From Chitinophagales bacterium (GTDB lineage: Bacteria > Bacteroidota > Bacteroidia > Chitinophagales > UBA10324), in NCBI GenBank assembly GCA_044227805.1, contig JBGAWA010000005.1, positions 6,818 to 70,817 on the forward strand: a stretch of DNA of 64,000 nucleotides, written 5' to 3'. Position numbers and translations under genes: made by a program. The notes beneath the pieces are model-generated. The model made no database searches and was not told the DNA's origin. It saw only the letters and a list, made by a program, of their open reading frames with translations. This document shows, in pieces, positions 62,767 to 64,000 of the stretch; the stretch's first letter is position 1; each line of letters opens with the position of its first letter.

Positions 62767-64000
62767 ATGCCGAAAAAAATTCTCTGTTATCTCGCAATGA
62801 CCATTCTGTTGAACGCCTGTGCCAGCCAGATGGCGCCAACAGGTGGCGAAAAGGATGTTACACCGCCGGTGCCGGTCCGCAGCAATCCGGATAATTTATC
62901 GATTCATTTCAAATCGCAAAAAATCACCATCACCTTCAATGAATTTATCCAGGCAGGAGATTTTGGTTCACAGGTATTTTTTTCACCGGCACTCAAAATC
63001 AAACCACAATACCGCGTACATGGGAAAACACTGAGCATCACCTTAAGGGATACGCTGAAATCCCACACCACCTATACAGTAAATTTTGGAGCTGCCGTGA
63101 AGGACATTACTGAAGGAAATATTATGATCAACTACCAGTATGTATTTTCTACCGGCGATTATATTGATTCGATGTATATACAAGGCGTCATCAAATGCGC
63201 GGAGGATGGATTGCCAAAAGAAAATGTGCTGGCCATGTTGTACAGCGACCTTACGGACTCAGTGATTGCGAAAGAAAGGCCGGCCTATTACGCGCACACT
63301 GATAAAAACGGGCATTTTGAAATCAGTCATTTGAAAGAGGGCGCTTATAAGTTGATCGGACTGCGGGATCAGGATGCAGATCTCCAATACGGTCCGGCAG
63401 ATGACATTGCCTTTCTCGACTCCGCTGTTGAAATCAGGGACAGTGCCGGGTTCTTCTCCATGCTGCTGTTCAGGCCTGTTGCCGAGCACCAGAAAATGCT
63501 GAGTGCACATGCTTCACAACCTGGCAGGGTGTCCATTGCATTTGCCAAGCCGGTGCGCCAGTTGCAGGTAACACCGCTAATGGGCAATGCTGCCGAAGGC
63601 CTGTTGCAATACAATGCAGCGAGAGACACCGCCATCTTTTTTCTGAATGATCTTGTTTCCGACAGTATGCGCCTGCAAATAGTTGACGGTGATTTTTCTG
63701 ATACTGCGCGAGTGAGAATGAAACCGGTGAATGAAAAAGAGAAAGTGTTTCTTCCGAAGCTCGCCATCACCTCCGTGTTGAAAGGCGGACGAAGCAGCCA
63801 ACAGCAGGAACCGGACAAACCTTTCCTGTTGCAATTTTCTACACCGGTAACCTCAGTAACTCCCGGCAGAATGCTGTTGCTGACCAATGACACCACCAAG
63901 GTCAGCCTGCCTGCAGAAGCAAAACTGATCGCCGATACGATAACACTCAGGAAACGCGCGGCGATATATTTTCCATTTAACGAGAAGACGAATTACACAT
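62767..64000 (+). CDS. Ig-like domain lipoprotein (partial, continues past window end)
   Basis: This frame is open from the ATG at 62767 to the window end and is absent from the ORF track because no stop is reached. It starts MPKKILCYLAMTILLNACASQMAPTGGEKDVTPP, a lipoprotein signal plus a motif common in Bacteroidota Ig-like/SbsA-type proteins. Confidence 0.7.
   Translation, partial: MPKKILCYLAMTILLNACASQMAPTGGEKDVTPPVPVRSNPDNLSIHFKSQKITITFNEFIQAGDFGSQVFFSPALKIKPQYRVHGKTLSITLRDTLKSHTTYTVNFGAAVKDITEGNIMINYQYVFSTGDYIDSMYIQGVIKCAEDGLPKENVLAMLYSDLTDSVIAKERPAYYAHTDKNGHFEISHLKEGAYKLIGLRDQDADLQYGPADDIAFLDSAVEIRDSAGFFSMLLFRPVAEHQKMLSAHASQPGRVSIAFAKPVRQLQVTPLMGNAAEGLLQYNAARDTAIFFLNDLVSDSMRLQIVDGDFSDTARVRMKPVNEKEKVFLPKLAITSVLKGGRSSQQQEPDKPFLLQFSTPVTSVTPGRMLLLTNDTTKVSLPAEAKLIADTITLRKRAAIYFPFNEKTNYT

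Noticed and set aside
63369-63899. 176-aa minus-strand ORF near the window end
   Set aside because: It lies antisense to an open plus-strand frame that starts at 62767 with a clear lipoprotein signal and Ig-like lipoprotein motifs. That plus-strand frame is missing from the track only because it has no stop inside the window.

Overview
This 64-kb chromosomal segment looks like Bacteroidota. Supporting evidence: a PorP/SprF gene, a T9SS-type C-terminal tail on an M43 protease, a Bat/aerotolerance operon, many lipoprotein-type signal peptides and a kynU-kmo pair. I call about 63 protein-coding genes. I saw no rRNA, tRNA, CRISPR array, transposase or phage genes. Layout: (i) 1-13.2 kb, mixed housekeeping genes plus a visibly AT-richer three-gene islet at 7.6-9.7 kb. 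(ii) 13.5-37.7 kb, a 22-gene Wzm/Wzt ABC-transporter-dependent glycan locus. It holds 7 glycosyltransferases, 2 PAPS-type sulfotransferases, 3 methyltransferases, 3 FemAB/GNAT-like transferases, an AsnB-type amidotransferase, a deacetylase and a 3-amino-3,6-dideoxyhexose module. (iii) 39.1-43.0 kb, an arsenosugar-type cluster (DUF547, DUF2064/TIGR04282-like transferase, AhpD-like protein, radical SAM ArsS-like) with a PNP/MTAP-family phosphorylase embedded in it. (iv) 43.2-48.7 kb, a MoxR-DUF58-VWA-TPR Bat operon. (v) 49-64 kb, secreted peptidases, kynureninase plus kynurenine 3-monooxygenase, scpB and others. The most striking non-coding signal is a dispersed ~162-bp three-hairpin element with terminal inverted repeats. 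It has 3 near-identical copies, 3 diverged copies and at least 8 partial or end modules, and it sits in many of the larger intergenic gaps, including most strand switches inside the glycan locus. All functional calls come from motif recognition by eye, since no database search was possible. Start codons are often uncertain because the ORF track uses alternative starts.
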